Shown: positions 23,471 to 35,390 of the stretch, piece after piece
How the letters are laid out: each line of letters opens with the position of its first letter
How positions within the stretch are numbered: the first letter of the stretch is position 1
Origin: Octopus sinensis
Lineage: Eukaryota
Direction of reading: 5' to 3'
Assembly: GCF_006345805.1 (NCBI RefSeq)
Contig: NC_042999.1
Location: 44,020,001 to 44,084,000, forward strand
DNA: 64,000 bases
Notes under the pieces: model-generated
Told to the model about the DNA's origin: nothing
Database searches by the model: none
What the model saw: only the letters and a program-made list of their open reading frames with translations
Program-made: the position numbers and the translations under genes

Positions 23471-26400
23471 ATAAGGGTAGAATTGGTAATGCAGTTATTA
23501 TTTCTTCATGGTCTTTTTTAATCGTCTGTTTTTCCCCCCGCCCTAAAATGTGTGGTCTTGTACTTAGGCCAGGCATAAATTAAAATAATAATATATACCT
23601 AGACCATAGTGTGAATTGAGAGCTTTTCCAAATTTACAATGGGAAAATGTAAGGGAGAGTACTCTGTGTAATAGCAATTATCTCCCTTTACAAAATTACT
23701 AGGTAATGAGTATCAGTAAATTTGTCAAATCTAAAATATAAAAGTTTATTTATAACTAAATTTCTTTCCTTTTTGTTTCTCTTTTATTCATTTAATATCT
23801 GTTTTATAATTTTTTTATTCAAATAATAGTTTTATATTTTTTGTTATAGTCAGCTTGTTCTATTAATTTTGTTTTTTTTTCAATACATTGAATATTCTTT
23901 TTTGCAAAGGACAGCAAAATCCAACAGGTGTGATCCTAAACATATGTTGCTAAGTCTGCCTGCTAGCACGTCGACAATTTAGTCATCCGTCTGCATTACA
24001 TTAGATCATTACTCTATTTTATTGCGGCCGGTATTGCTTAAAAGTACTGTAAACTGCAAGAACTCTGTTACCTGGGCATTGCTTTATTTTAAGCAAATTA
24101 ATGATGTCCGTTGTACTTCCCTTGAGTGAATATATACTTACAGTTGTATGTAACTATGGAAAATTTTTAAAGTTTTCACTGTCCACTGGAAAAGCAGGAT
24201 AAGAGATCAACTGTTGAGGTTGTAACCATATTTTTGTAATCGGTTTTCTTAATTTGGTGGGTGGGGAAACCTGCTTTTGTTACAGATGTTGGTAAAAGGT
24301 TTTCCAATAAGAATTTCATATAGTCAAATAGATGTTACTAAATTTGTTGCTAGAAGTGTACACACACACACACACACATACACGCACATGTATTGGCTTT
24401 ATATTGTAACTGATATTAGTATGAAAATCTTGGAAATTAATTTTTTAAGGTCGCTATTTATGTGCATACACTTTATGCCAAGTCATTTGAATTGTCAGAA
24501 AGATTCTTTAAAAAAATATTTCTTTGTGTGTGTGTGTAGAGACTGATTATACAATGTGGAAAATATATCTTTTTAATTTGTCTGGTCTTAAAAGCTTTAC
24601 AACAATATATGGCTTAGGCAACAAATAAACCCTCTTTCTCTAGTCCTCTCTGAAATCTATTCAACAGCTGAGATCTTTTTTTGTTAGATTTATTGTTTTA
24701 GTGAGAGGATAGGTAAGTGTTTCATGTTAATAACTTATGGAATTAACAGATTATCACCACCTCTGATTGTGATTACTTTGGCTACTATCTTCTGGCTGTA
24801 ATATACTCCACTCACATGGGTATTGTTTCTCTGGAGGTATTCAGCTGCCGATAAGCTTCTGTAGACACTTCATTTCGACTACTTTCTATTATAGTACATA
24901 TATGAATGTATTTCAGATTTGAAAATAATTTACTTTCTTTTTCTGAAATGAATTTCGCATCTAATTCAGGATTGATTGAATATATAATTTAATTAGATAC
25001 AATATACATTGTATTTAATATTCCTTACTGAAAAAACATCTACAGTTTTACAAATTTCGAAAGATTCTCAAATGAGATTGAAAGTAAGGAGATGAATGAA
25101 ATTTGAAATGAGAAGGAAAACAGAAAGAAATTCAAGTAAAAGAAAATTCTTTTTATGGTAATTATTACCATTGGATACAAATGTTTCCTTTGTATCGAAT
25201 CATTGTCACTTTGTTGTCATGAGATATTATTCACACACAACATACACTTTTTATATAGGTTACTAGATATTACAGGATTGTGAACTTCACCTCTATATCA
25301 CATTTATTTTAATCTCTCTTTACTCTTCATTGAGTGATAATGAAACTGTAATCAAAGGTGGGGAGAAGATAAATACTACATTTCAACATGAAATAGTTTC
25401 TTTTTTTTCCCCCCTTCTATCTAAAAGATATATATATATATACTTACTAAATATAACTTCATAGAAGGGAGGAAAATCAACAGTATTGTGAGGTTACCTT
25501 TTTCAAATTCTCATTCCTTTTTGTGTGAAAAAAAGAAGTTAACCACTTAAAAAAAAAAAACTTTTAAAAGGAAAAGTATAATCAATGTTTTATTTGCCAA
25601 ACCATTTTGAAAAAACAACACATTGCCTGTTTCATCGTGGGATTGTATTGATTTAAGATTAGTGCCATCTGGCAAACGTACCTTCTTTTGAATGAAAATT
25701 ACTTGGACAACTGGAGTAAGTATATTTCAATGGAAAATTTTCTTGTGAAATGTTTTGGCAGTTAAACTTGTATGTGTAGTTAGTTCCTCTATAAATCTAG
25801 GTATAAATTCACAGTGTATGTGGGTATATGTGTTTTTATTAGGCTCATAAATTTAGTCGTAAGTATCTCATAATATATATTTTGCATTTGAAAATATACA
25901 TTCATTTAATATGTATAAGTTTATACTGTTAATGTATGTTTAATTTTTTTATGTGTTAATAAATTTGAGTGAAATATTAATGTTCTTTCCCTTTTAACTA
26001 ACAATTTTTTTTTAAAGTGTTCAAAGTAATTTAAATTGTTTATGAGGATGTTAATATGTTCACTAATTCTTTAACTATGTTTATATAGTGATTTTTGACT
26101 GAGTTAGGAAACTCTCGATCTTTTTAAGGGAAGGAATATTGTATGTCATGCTAAAATTGTTCTATATAATGCCATTACCACATAACTTTTAAATACACAC
26201 TTATTTACCTACTACTTGGAAAGACATTTCTTTTGATATTGAATAAGTATATTTGTATATAGTTTTACTATGCTGGCCTAGGCTGGAAGGGCTTCAGCAT
26301 TTCCCTACATAGTGTAATTCCCTGTCATCTGGCATGGGTTTTACAGCTGATAACCCTTCCTGTTACCAGTCACTTTACAGAAATACTGGGGTTTACATTC

Positions 26401-26571
26401 CTTCAAAATATGAAGAGGAATAAGTGCTCTTAGTATGGGTGATCCTAGTATATTACTGTAAGTGTATATTTTATTGACAACAAAAATACAGGCATGGTTG
26501 TTTAGCTAAGACGTTTTTCAGTTGCTTGGTTTCAGGTTTCATCCTACTGTGTGTCACCTCAGACAAGTTTC

Positions 26572-27290
26572 TTAACCCTTTCACATTCAGATTTCTTTAT
26601 CAAATATCATCATCATCATCATCGTTTAACGTCCGCTTTCCATGCTAGCATGGATTGGACAATTTGACAGGTCTGGAGAACCAGATGGCTGCACCAGGCT
26701 CCAATCTTGATCTGGCAGAGTTTCTACAGCTGGATTCCCTTCCTAACGCCAACCACTCTGAGAGTGTAGTGGGTGCTTTTACGTGCCACTGGCAACGGCC
26801 ACTCTCAAATGGTGCTTTTTATGTGCCACCTGCACAGGAGCCAGTCCAGTGGCACTGGCAACAACCTTGCTTGAATGTTTATTCAAGTGCCAGTAAGGCG
26901 ACGCAGGTAACGATCACGCTCGAATGGTGCATTTTACGTGCCACTGGCACAGAAGCCAGTTTGTTGCTCTGGCAATGATCATGCTCAGATGGTACTCTTA
27001 GCGCTCCACTAGCACAGATGCCAGTCATCGAATTTGATTTCGACTTCACTTGCCTCAACAGGTCTTCGCAAGCAGAGTTTAGTGTCTAATGAAGGAAATG
27101 CTTATTTATTCACATTGTTTTAAATTAATCAAAGATTATCTTGTAGCTTTGAGAAATTTGAATGGTGTGTTTGTATATTTTTAGAATGACATTGTAGAAT
27201 ATGTGTGAAAGGTTGGATTTGGTCAGTTTGAACATAAAATAGGTAGAATATTTTGGCCAGATATGACTGGCTTAAACACTAAAGGGTTAA
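26572..27290. mobile_element. piggyBac-like MITE family P2 carrying a family-C insertion
   Basis: TTAA|ccctttcacattcag ... aacactaaaggg|TTAA. Once 26607-27097 is removed it is collinear with the reverse complement of 47846-48064. Confidence 0.75.
26607..27097 (-). mobile_element. Family C element, long copy with an internal degenerate tandem array
   Basis: (CAT)n tail, RTE-like 3' end, gattcccttcctaacgccaacc, and 4-5 units containing ggtgcttttacgtgccactggca. Confidence 0.85.
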
Positions 27291-27681
27291 ACCATAACTT
27301 CAGCTTGACCATTACTTTGTAAATAAAATTTGATAAACTAAAGCTCTAGAAGTCCATTATATATTTATGAGTACAATGTGGTCTTCCTACTAAGGCAGAA
27401 ACTTCAAATAAAAATTGACTTGCTCTGTGATGATCCATTCAAACCATATCAGCATGGAAAGCAGACTTTAAATGATACCATTATGATGTATATGTATGTG
27501 TGAATAATGTAAACAACAGAAAGAAAATTGAAAACTGATGCTTTACATAGGAAGTCCCATGCAATATTTCTTTTACATCATGCTACACACACACACATTC
27601 CCTTGTTGCTCTCACTGCCAGAAATGTAGTTGATCAGTGATTGGCCTGTCAGAAACATTAAGGAATAGCTTGGTTGCAATC

Positions 27682-27900
27682 ATCATCATCATTTAGCATC
27701 TGCTTTCTATGCTGGCATGGGTTAGATGGTTTGACTGAAATGAGTAAGCTGGAGAGCTGCTCCAGGTTCCAACCTGATTGGGCCTGTTTTCTACAGTTAT
27801 GCCCTTCCTAATGCCAACCACTCCAAGAGTGTAATGGGTGCTTTTTACATGCCACCAGCACAGTTACCAGTTATGTGACACTGGTGTTGGCCACATTATA
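27682..27900 (-). mobile_element. Family C element (decayed)
   Basis: catcatcatcatttagcatctgctttctatgctggcatgggttagatgg ... gcccttcctaatgccaaccactcc. Confidence 0.75.
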
Positions 27901-29310
27901 TAAAAATAAAGAGATTATAATTTTTGTCTGCATTTCTAGCATAGGTTGGATAAGTCATCACAGTCCAAGTCAATTCTTATTTGAAGTTACTACCCTCTTA
28001 CATAGTTTGGACCGGACCATGTCTTGCTCACACAGTTCATTTTTGGCTTGGTTCCCATGGCTGGATGCCCTTTCTATCACCAACTACTTTATAGTGTGTG
28101 CTGGGTGCATTTTCTCATGGTACCAACAAGAGAGAGATTATCGTGTCCTCCACAAGACTAAGTTCCTATCAACCCTATGTCAACTCTACTCTGTTAACAA
28201 CCCCTTTACAGAGTGTACTGGGTGCATTTTATCATGTCACCAACAGTTGACAGGTTGCCCTGTGTCTTCTAAGACTGAGGAGTTGTCACAATTCTATGTG
28301 GTGCTTATTTGCTCAAGGCATGGACTAAGAAATAAATGATGAGAAACATTGATGACAGATGAGAGAAATATCAACCTCAGCTGGATTTGAACCTTGATTA
28401 GTGAATATCTAGCAGTTCAAATCTGTCTTAATTTCAGGTTCATAGTTCGATTCTATCTCTATATTTGTAATGTACTTAGTAGTCGTCATCACTCTCTGTA
28501 TTTATCAGTGTGTTTCATTAGTACAAATAAACCATGTTAAAAGATAAGTCAGACACGTGACTTTATTGTTGTCTGTCTTGTGGGAGATGGATTTAAATGT
28601 ACAACAGTTCTTACACAACCCCCATGTCTCCCACCATACATACACTGCTCTTCTTTCTCTCTTTCTCCTTTCATTTGATTATTCATGCTATTAGGATTAA
28701 GTACTTGTCTTGTGCAAGTAGTTTTAATGAACTCTCATACTGTTGGCTCTAATCTGTGTAATAAACTAATAGTATTTCAGTATCAGTGATGACAGTTTTA
28801 CATTCACTGCAGCTTTCTTTCTGTAATATCTTTGCCATTATCAGATGCTCCTCCTCACCACTTGTTTGTTGATCTACTTCCAATTAGTCAGCTTAATTAC
28901 AGCTATCAGTAAAAGCATGCCTCGGCTATATGTCACACACATACACGAATTCATTTGTTCAGTGTGTTGGCTGAGCTTTAGCTACTCACTCACCTGTATC
29001 ATCCCTGACGTAGACACTGGGTCGTCTGCTGGCTAATAATATATAGCCTTGAAATTATCTGTGCATCCACACACGTGCCCTGTTCAGCAGATGTTGCATC
29101 TTTTCAAAAAATATATATAACTGTTGATAATTCAGTTCATTTCTTTCACCATCCCACTTACCTATAATTTTAACTGAACTTTTTCACTCCTGTTACCACT
29201 CACAGTTCATAATTTAGATACTGCTTTACAGAACGCAGCAGGTGGTGCATTCAAAATGCTAACTTGTCTGTCTTTGTCTCAAGTTAAGGACTCTCCTTTA
29301 CAATAGCTAC

Positions 29311-29340
<30 letters not shown>

Positions 29341-29342
<2 letters not shown>

Positions 29343-29754
29343 GTGAGCTAGCAGAATTATTACCACACTGGACAAAATGTTCTGAGTTCAAATTTCAATA
29401 AGGTCAACTTTGCCTTTCATCTCTTCAGGGTTGACAAAATAAGTGCCAGTTGTAATTGACTAGGCCCCCTCCTTTAGAATTGATGGCCTTGTACCATAGT
29501 AGAAAGAATTATTATTATTACTATAAAGGCGGAGAGCTGGCAGAATCATTAACATGCCGGGCGAAATGCTTAGCTGCATTTCATCTGTCTTTGGGTTCTG
29601 AGTTCAAATTCTGCCATGGTCAACTTAGCCTTTCAGGGTCAATGAAATAAGTACTAGTTGAATACTGAGGTCAATATAATTGACTACCTGCCTCCGACAA
29701 ATTTCAGGCCTTGTGCCTTTAGTAGAAAGGATGATTATTATTATTATTATTATT
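29341..29754 (+). mobile_element. Two tandem SINE-B copies (a third at 30105-30312)
   Basis: tggtgagctagcagaatt.. and aaggcggagagctggcagaatc.., each ending in an (ATT)n tail. Confidence 0.75.
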
Positions 29755-30087
29755 GATTGATTGAGAGAGCAGTTCATGCCATCAAAGTGACACTGGGGTA
29801 AAATATACGAAGCCCAGTATACCCATCATGACTACCCGTCTGATAAGGGTACACCAGGCACATGCATCACAACCATATGTACGCGACATGGTGATCTCAT
29901 ATCAAGATAAACAGCGCATGACCTTGCAGGTGGGGCCCAGTTAGAATTTTCTTCAGGTTGTGTAGCCCATCCCGCTCAAAAGGTCCCTGAATAAGGGTTG
30001 TTTAAGGATGTTGAAAGAACCACCCATGTTTCCAGAGGTGAATTATTCAAACCCCAAAGAATCCCTCTCAACACATGGCAATGACTC
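29755..30087 (-). mobile_element. 5'-truncated non-LTR retroelement 3' end with a (TAA)n tail, inside an (ATT)n tract (R4/Dong-like?)
   Basis: Reverse complement ends ggcatgaactgctctctcaatcaatc(aat)n, with (TAA)n on the other side as well. It is GC-richer than the flanks. The clade call is inference only. Confidence 0.45.
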
Positions 30088-30609
30088 TTATTATTATTAT
30101 TGCTGCAGTGAGCTGGTAGAATTGTTAGTATGCCGGGTGGCAGCATTTTGTCCATCTCTACATTTTGAGGTCACGTCTGTCTTTCATCCTTTCAGGGTCG
30201 ATAAAATAAGTACCAGTTGAACACTGAGGACAATGTAATTGACTTACTCCCACCCCTGAAATTGCTGGCCTTATGCCAAATTGTTAAACCATTATTATTA
30301 TTATTATTATTACTTACACTATATATTTTCTGAAAAGTTTGAGCAAACTTTGGTAAGTGCCATGCACTTGAGTCACTTTTGTGGTTTCAGTTTATTAACC
30401 CTGTCATGTAGTGTTCCTGTTATGGCAGAAATAGATTAAATGTCATTCCTGCCAGATTCCCGCTAAAAGTAGTAACGAACAACATTCATAGAAAAAGAAA
30501 ATAAAAATCAGGCACCTGATCATGTTTGTTGTCAGGTGTGTCTATGACTCATTGTTAATGGTGTCCCCCGTAGCTGTAGTTTATATCTGTTTTTAATTGA
30601 AAAAAAAAA

Positions 30610-31200
30610 AAAAAACGATTTTGCAATGAAGCAAGTATATGATGAAGACTTTACACTGGCAATGAGAGCAGTTTGGACAATCAGACTGGTGAAAGTGATG
30701 AGGAAAATAGCAATTTAAGTGGACAGATACAGCAGTTGAGATAGTCCTGTAATTGTTATTCTCCTGAATTGCTAACCTAATGAGAGTGGTTGCTAGAAGC
30801 ACAGTAGTTGAAAACAGGATGCGTCGTAGGACAGATGAACCCAGCATTGGGTAAGCAGCTATTTAGCTATTGTGCATAAGGACATAGAAACCCTCATTCA
30901 GAATTCAGTATATGTTTCAGAGTCTAGCAGCTATTAGTAGATCTAGGCTCTACATCTCTCCCATAGCTAACCGGAATAAAAGCTGTTGTTGTTGTCATGT
31001 ATAGTCTGGGTGATACAGCTTGACAATTTCCCATTTACAAGAATATATTTGACTTCATAAAACCAAAGATCTCTGTTGTAAAACTATCCAAAAAGCTTCC
31101 TCCGAGGAGACTGACAAAACCTGCAAAGTGTACACCCAAATACTTAATAGTTCCTGCACAGACCATGTGACCAGGTTAATGCTGCCTGTCTAGTCCTGCT
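30610..31200 (-). mobile_element. Probable decayed L1/Tx1-type LINE fragment
   Basis: Reverse complement contains TIKYLGVHF and a downstream Cys-rich CPNC...LLHCK stretch. Heavily frameshifted. Confidence 0.35.
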
Positions 31201-32869
31201 TCCCATGGTACATTATCATTACCCCTCTATCCTTTCCTCACTTATTACACTATCTTCCCTATTTTGATCCTTCTATTATTGCCTGTCCATGCTTTCTACA
31301 CCAACCAGACTACCTGTCCTTTCCATTTTAGCCAGATTCTTTCTCCAAATCTTGCACCCTTGAAAATTCTCTCTTGAACACTTTGTACGGATTACAAATA
31401 TAATCTGTGCAAATTTCAGAAACCCTTTCCCTCTGACTCTTCCCTCACTCCCTTCTTGCAGTCTACTCCTCTTTCTTCCTGTCATCCTGCCTCTTTTATC
31501 TCCCATGGAATTAGTTATATAAATTCTTTCTTGGTTACTGTAAACATAGTTGATAACACCCCACTGTGAATGTACTTACTTACACAGGTACTTCCTGCTA
31601 AAATTCTGACTTTACCATCACCTTTTACTGGAGAGGAGAATTTGTGTAAACCTGCTTTTATCTACTTTGAGGTCCATTTCCTGGAGGAAATTGTTATTTC
31701 TATAAAATTATCCATACTGAACATTATTTTGGTTAGTCTTAAGTAAGCTTGTTCATTTAGCTAAACCATGTCTTTCTCAGGAGCTATAACACTCACTCAA
31801 ACATACACATATTGTATGTATTAAAGTTGTTGCAACAATGCTAACATTCTATAGACCTAAAAGCAACGGCAATGATAACAAATTAATTAAACATGAACTG
31901 ACTTAATTTGATTCAAGTTTTATCGAATTCAAAAATTGGTGGCAAATATTTTTCTCAAAGTGGGTAACAATGTTCCATCAAATTTTTCCCAACATCTGAA
32001 AGGAATTTTTGTTGTTAAATTCCAAGTTACTATGCATTATTTAACGTTTGATACAGCTTATCAAGCACATGTTTGTTAATAAAAATGAATGGCAACATTC
32101 TGATATCTCTAAAGTCATAGAGGTAACTATTTATTGAGAAAGATGTGCAAAGTGTGTTGTTGTTCATTCACAATTATCATTCTTGTTTAAGATAGATATT
32201 GTGATATTGCTGTATGTTGTAGAATGTTTTAAAAGCATTCCCTCCACCTATATTTAGTTGCCTGCACTTTTTACTACCTTCCTAACTCTTAAACATAGGG
32301 CAAGACCCATCCACCCTTTACAACAAGTGAGTTTATTGAATTTTTTTTATAAATTCTGCTCTAGTCAAATTTGTGGCCACACTACAAACTCTGACATGGT
32401 TATTGATATAAAATTGTGATGATCAGAGTACATTACTTCTGTTTTGCTGTCCTGTCAATATACAAGTATGTTATTTCAGTAGCTTAACTGGGCGCAAGTA
32501 GCAGATGATGGTCTTGTTTCTTCATAATGTTGTAGAGTGGGTGCCACCAGACTCGTGGTTTGGACCTTGTTGGGCAATTTATTTTCTTGCTTTTGAGGCA
32601 TTATATAACCTGTTAAAAAAAAAACTCTCTCTTCCTTCGTATTTCAGCTGTTTTAATTAGAAATATCCAAAACTGAGAAATCAATCAGACAACACTTTTG
32701 TCTGGTCAATAGTTCCCTTCTTCAGTAAGTTTTAATAATCAGCATATACTTAATCTTTAATTATTTTTCTTTGCATTAAATTTTATTTTGTTTTCCATTT
32801 CCCTCCACCACTTAGTTGAGGAGGTTTTTTCTTGTTCTTTTCCAGTCTTACAATTTACTTGGCTAATTC

Positions 32870-33053
32870 ACTGGTGCTGGTGGCACAAAAAAAGTACCCA
32901 TTGCACTGTTAAGTGGTTGACATTATAAAGGTCATCTAACTGTAGAAACCATGCCAAAGCTGATAATGGGGTTCAACACAGCCCTATGGCTTGCCAGATC
33001 CTGTCAAACCATCCAACCCATTCCAGCATGGAAAATGGACATTAAATAATGAT
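32870..33053 (+). mobile_element. Family C element (decayed)
   Basis: ggtgctggtggcacaaaaaaagtaccc ... ccaacccattccagcatggaaaatggacattaaataatgat. Confidence 0.7.
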
Positions 33054-34589
33054 CCTATTTAGCTTTCCTTTACTATATTGATGAGCCATCTTTCCAAACT
33101 GTTATCAACTGAACAGGCCTTCAGTATGGGTACCCAATACTCACCATTTCTTTGTGTATCCCGTCCATACATTGGCAGCTACCTCTCTTATGTACGTCAA
33201 CTTATATCATTATGTTCAGCTTATTTCTCTGCTTTCATTGAGATAGGTAAGAAATGTTTGGTGTTTTTCTTGTGAAAGAAATGTTTTATAGCTGGATGGT
33301 TTTTATGACATTTGAGAATTTTATAATAAAGACTCGGGTAAATAGAATAAAATAACTTTCATGAGGGAAAATTACAATACTTGCAGTAACAACTTATTCA
33401 CAGTAGAGTTTGTACTGCTGAAGACAGAACTTGAGTTAGCCACTTCTTTCCATGAAAACCACAACATAACACATACATATAAAATATCATCTAGGGCCAA
33501 AAGCTCCACTTATTGTCTTTTGGATATGCTAGTGTTCATTTCTTAAGACTGTGTTACCCTTACCATTTGAAATATATTGACTTATTTGGTACATGAACAT
33601 CATACCTCAAACATCTTATATTGGATGCATAAATACTTAGGGATATGATTGTTATATTTGGGGTGATGTGTTTGGTATTATTTCAGTGACACTTCACACC
33701 AGTGAAACTGTACTACAAAAATAACTGAAGCTAGCATTCTAGCATTCTTGTGAAAGCTCCTTTACCAACTTAAATTACACTTATATATTTGTTTGATATG
33801 GACTACTTCTTATTTGGTTTTACATCAGTAAATTGTTTATCAATATGCTGAACCATTTCAGATACAACAAGCCTTAACTGCCATGCTTGACTATAAGCTT
33901 TAAAGAGTGAGTCAACTTATTGGTATTGACTTGTTTTGGCTGTACACTCATGATATGTATCCTTTGTATGTTCATGAAAACATATATATGTGCAAACAAC
34001 GCCTGGATAGACAAACATGCCTGCAGAATATGTTGGTTGAAATTTCAAAGTCTTTAGTCAATTATGCACCACTAATTTAAGCACAGATGTAGAATTGGAG
34101 ACATTGTAAATATGTAATTAAAGGGATGGAGGGGAATGTACTAAATGTTATATGTGGCAACATCTGTGTGGCAAATCAATCATAAGTACCATAAAGAAGT
34201 ATCTTTGGGTTTGGTTTTGTTTGACCCAGCTAAAGAATGTGTTAAAACCAAATGAAGAAAATCTAATCTCAACTAGCACATGTTACATCATCGATGAAAT
34301 ACATTATTTTACCTTGAGTAGATTGACAGCAGCTGTTGTTTATTAGTCATCAAAATGACCAAAGCTTTCTAAACGGCATTGGGTGTGAAGTTTAGTCCAA
34401 AATCCATTATTGTAAAGGTGTGGTTACAATGAATTTGCAATAAACTAGACCATTGCTATTCAATAGGTTTGATAAGTCACGATGTGTTGAACTTTTTGCA
34501 TTTCCTATTCCGAATGCTATTAAACAATAAGTGTATAGAAGAATGTATTACAAACATTACAGCCTGCTATGCTAACCTTGGATTGTAGA

Positions 34590-34925
34590 GTGCCCCGCTG
34601 CTCTTGAGGACACCTATTGAGTCAAGTATGTCAACATCAAAATAAAAATCAAATGGAAATTGTAGTTAAGATACCCATGCCGGTGACACGTAAAAAGCAC
34701 CAACCAATTGTGACAGTTTGCCAGCCTCCTCTGGCCCCTGTGCCGGTGGCACATAAAAAGCACCCACTACACTCACGGAGTGGTTGGCGTTAGGAAGGGC
34801 ATCCAGCTGTAGAAACATTGCCAGATCAGACTGGAGCCTTGTGCAGCCTCCTGGCTTCCCAGACCCCGGTCGAACCGTGCAACTCATGCTAGCATGGAAA
34901 ACGGACGTTAAACGATGATGATGAT
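34590..34925 (+). mobile_element. Family C element
   Basis: Two gccggtggcac.taaaaagcacc units, ggttggcgttaggaagggcatcc, and catgctagcatggaaaacggacgttaaac(gat)n. Confidence 0.85.
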
Positions 34926-34953
34926 TACAATATCTATTTTATTTGTAGGAATA

Positions 34954-35390
34954 TTAACCCTTTTCATCCCAGTCCACCTAAAGCTACTCTCGATTCTATG
35001 ATGCAAACTTCTTGTTTTAACCTTTTTGGTCACAATCCACCTGAAACCAATTCTTGTTCTATGACACAAACTTCCTGTTCTAAAGTGATTTTAATTAAAA
35101 AGATCTGCCATCTAAATTTTGTTAATTTATGTTCCAAATGCCAACTTTATAATTAGTTATTTTACTAAATTCTTCATTGTCAAAATCAATTGCCTCAAAG
35201 ACAATACATTTCAATAGAAATACAATAATGAAACGGTTAAAGTGATCTAAATTAAAACCTTCCGTTAAAATCTTGTGTTAATTTATGTTCCAAATGCCAG
35301 CTATATACTGACAGTTACTTAACTAAATCTGTCATTATTTTCAAAATTAATTGAAATAAAGACAGTGTAACAAGAAAGTTGACTTTCTGT
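34954..35390. mobile_element. P1 MITE with a second P1 copy (35021-35236) inserted at an internal TTAA
   Basis: Outer: ttaa|cccttttcatcc..cttgtt[TTAA]...[TTAA]agtgatct. The inner copy repeats the same sequence. Confidence 0.7.

Noticed and set aside
24688-24712. Small exon ending at the strong donor gatag|gtaagt
   Set aside because: The 11-nt and 25-nt versions shift the frame or hit a stop; unsupported without RNA data.
26770-27020. Palindromic repeats with variable linkers as a CRISPR array
   Set aside because: The units are degenerate, the linkers are mutually homologous, and the array lies inside a multicopy retroelement.
27875-28339. 154-aa ORF
   Set aside because: It overlaps decayed family-C-like repeats with a duplicated agtgt..ctgggtgcatttt motif and has no protein-like features.
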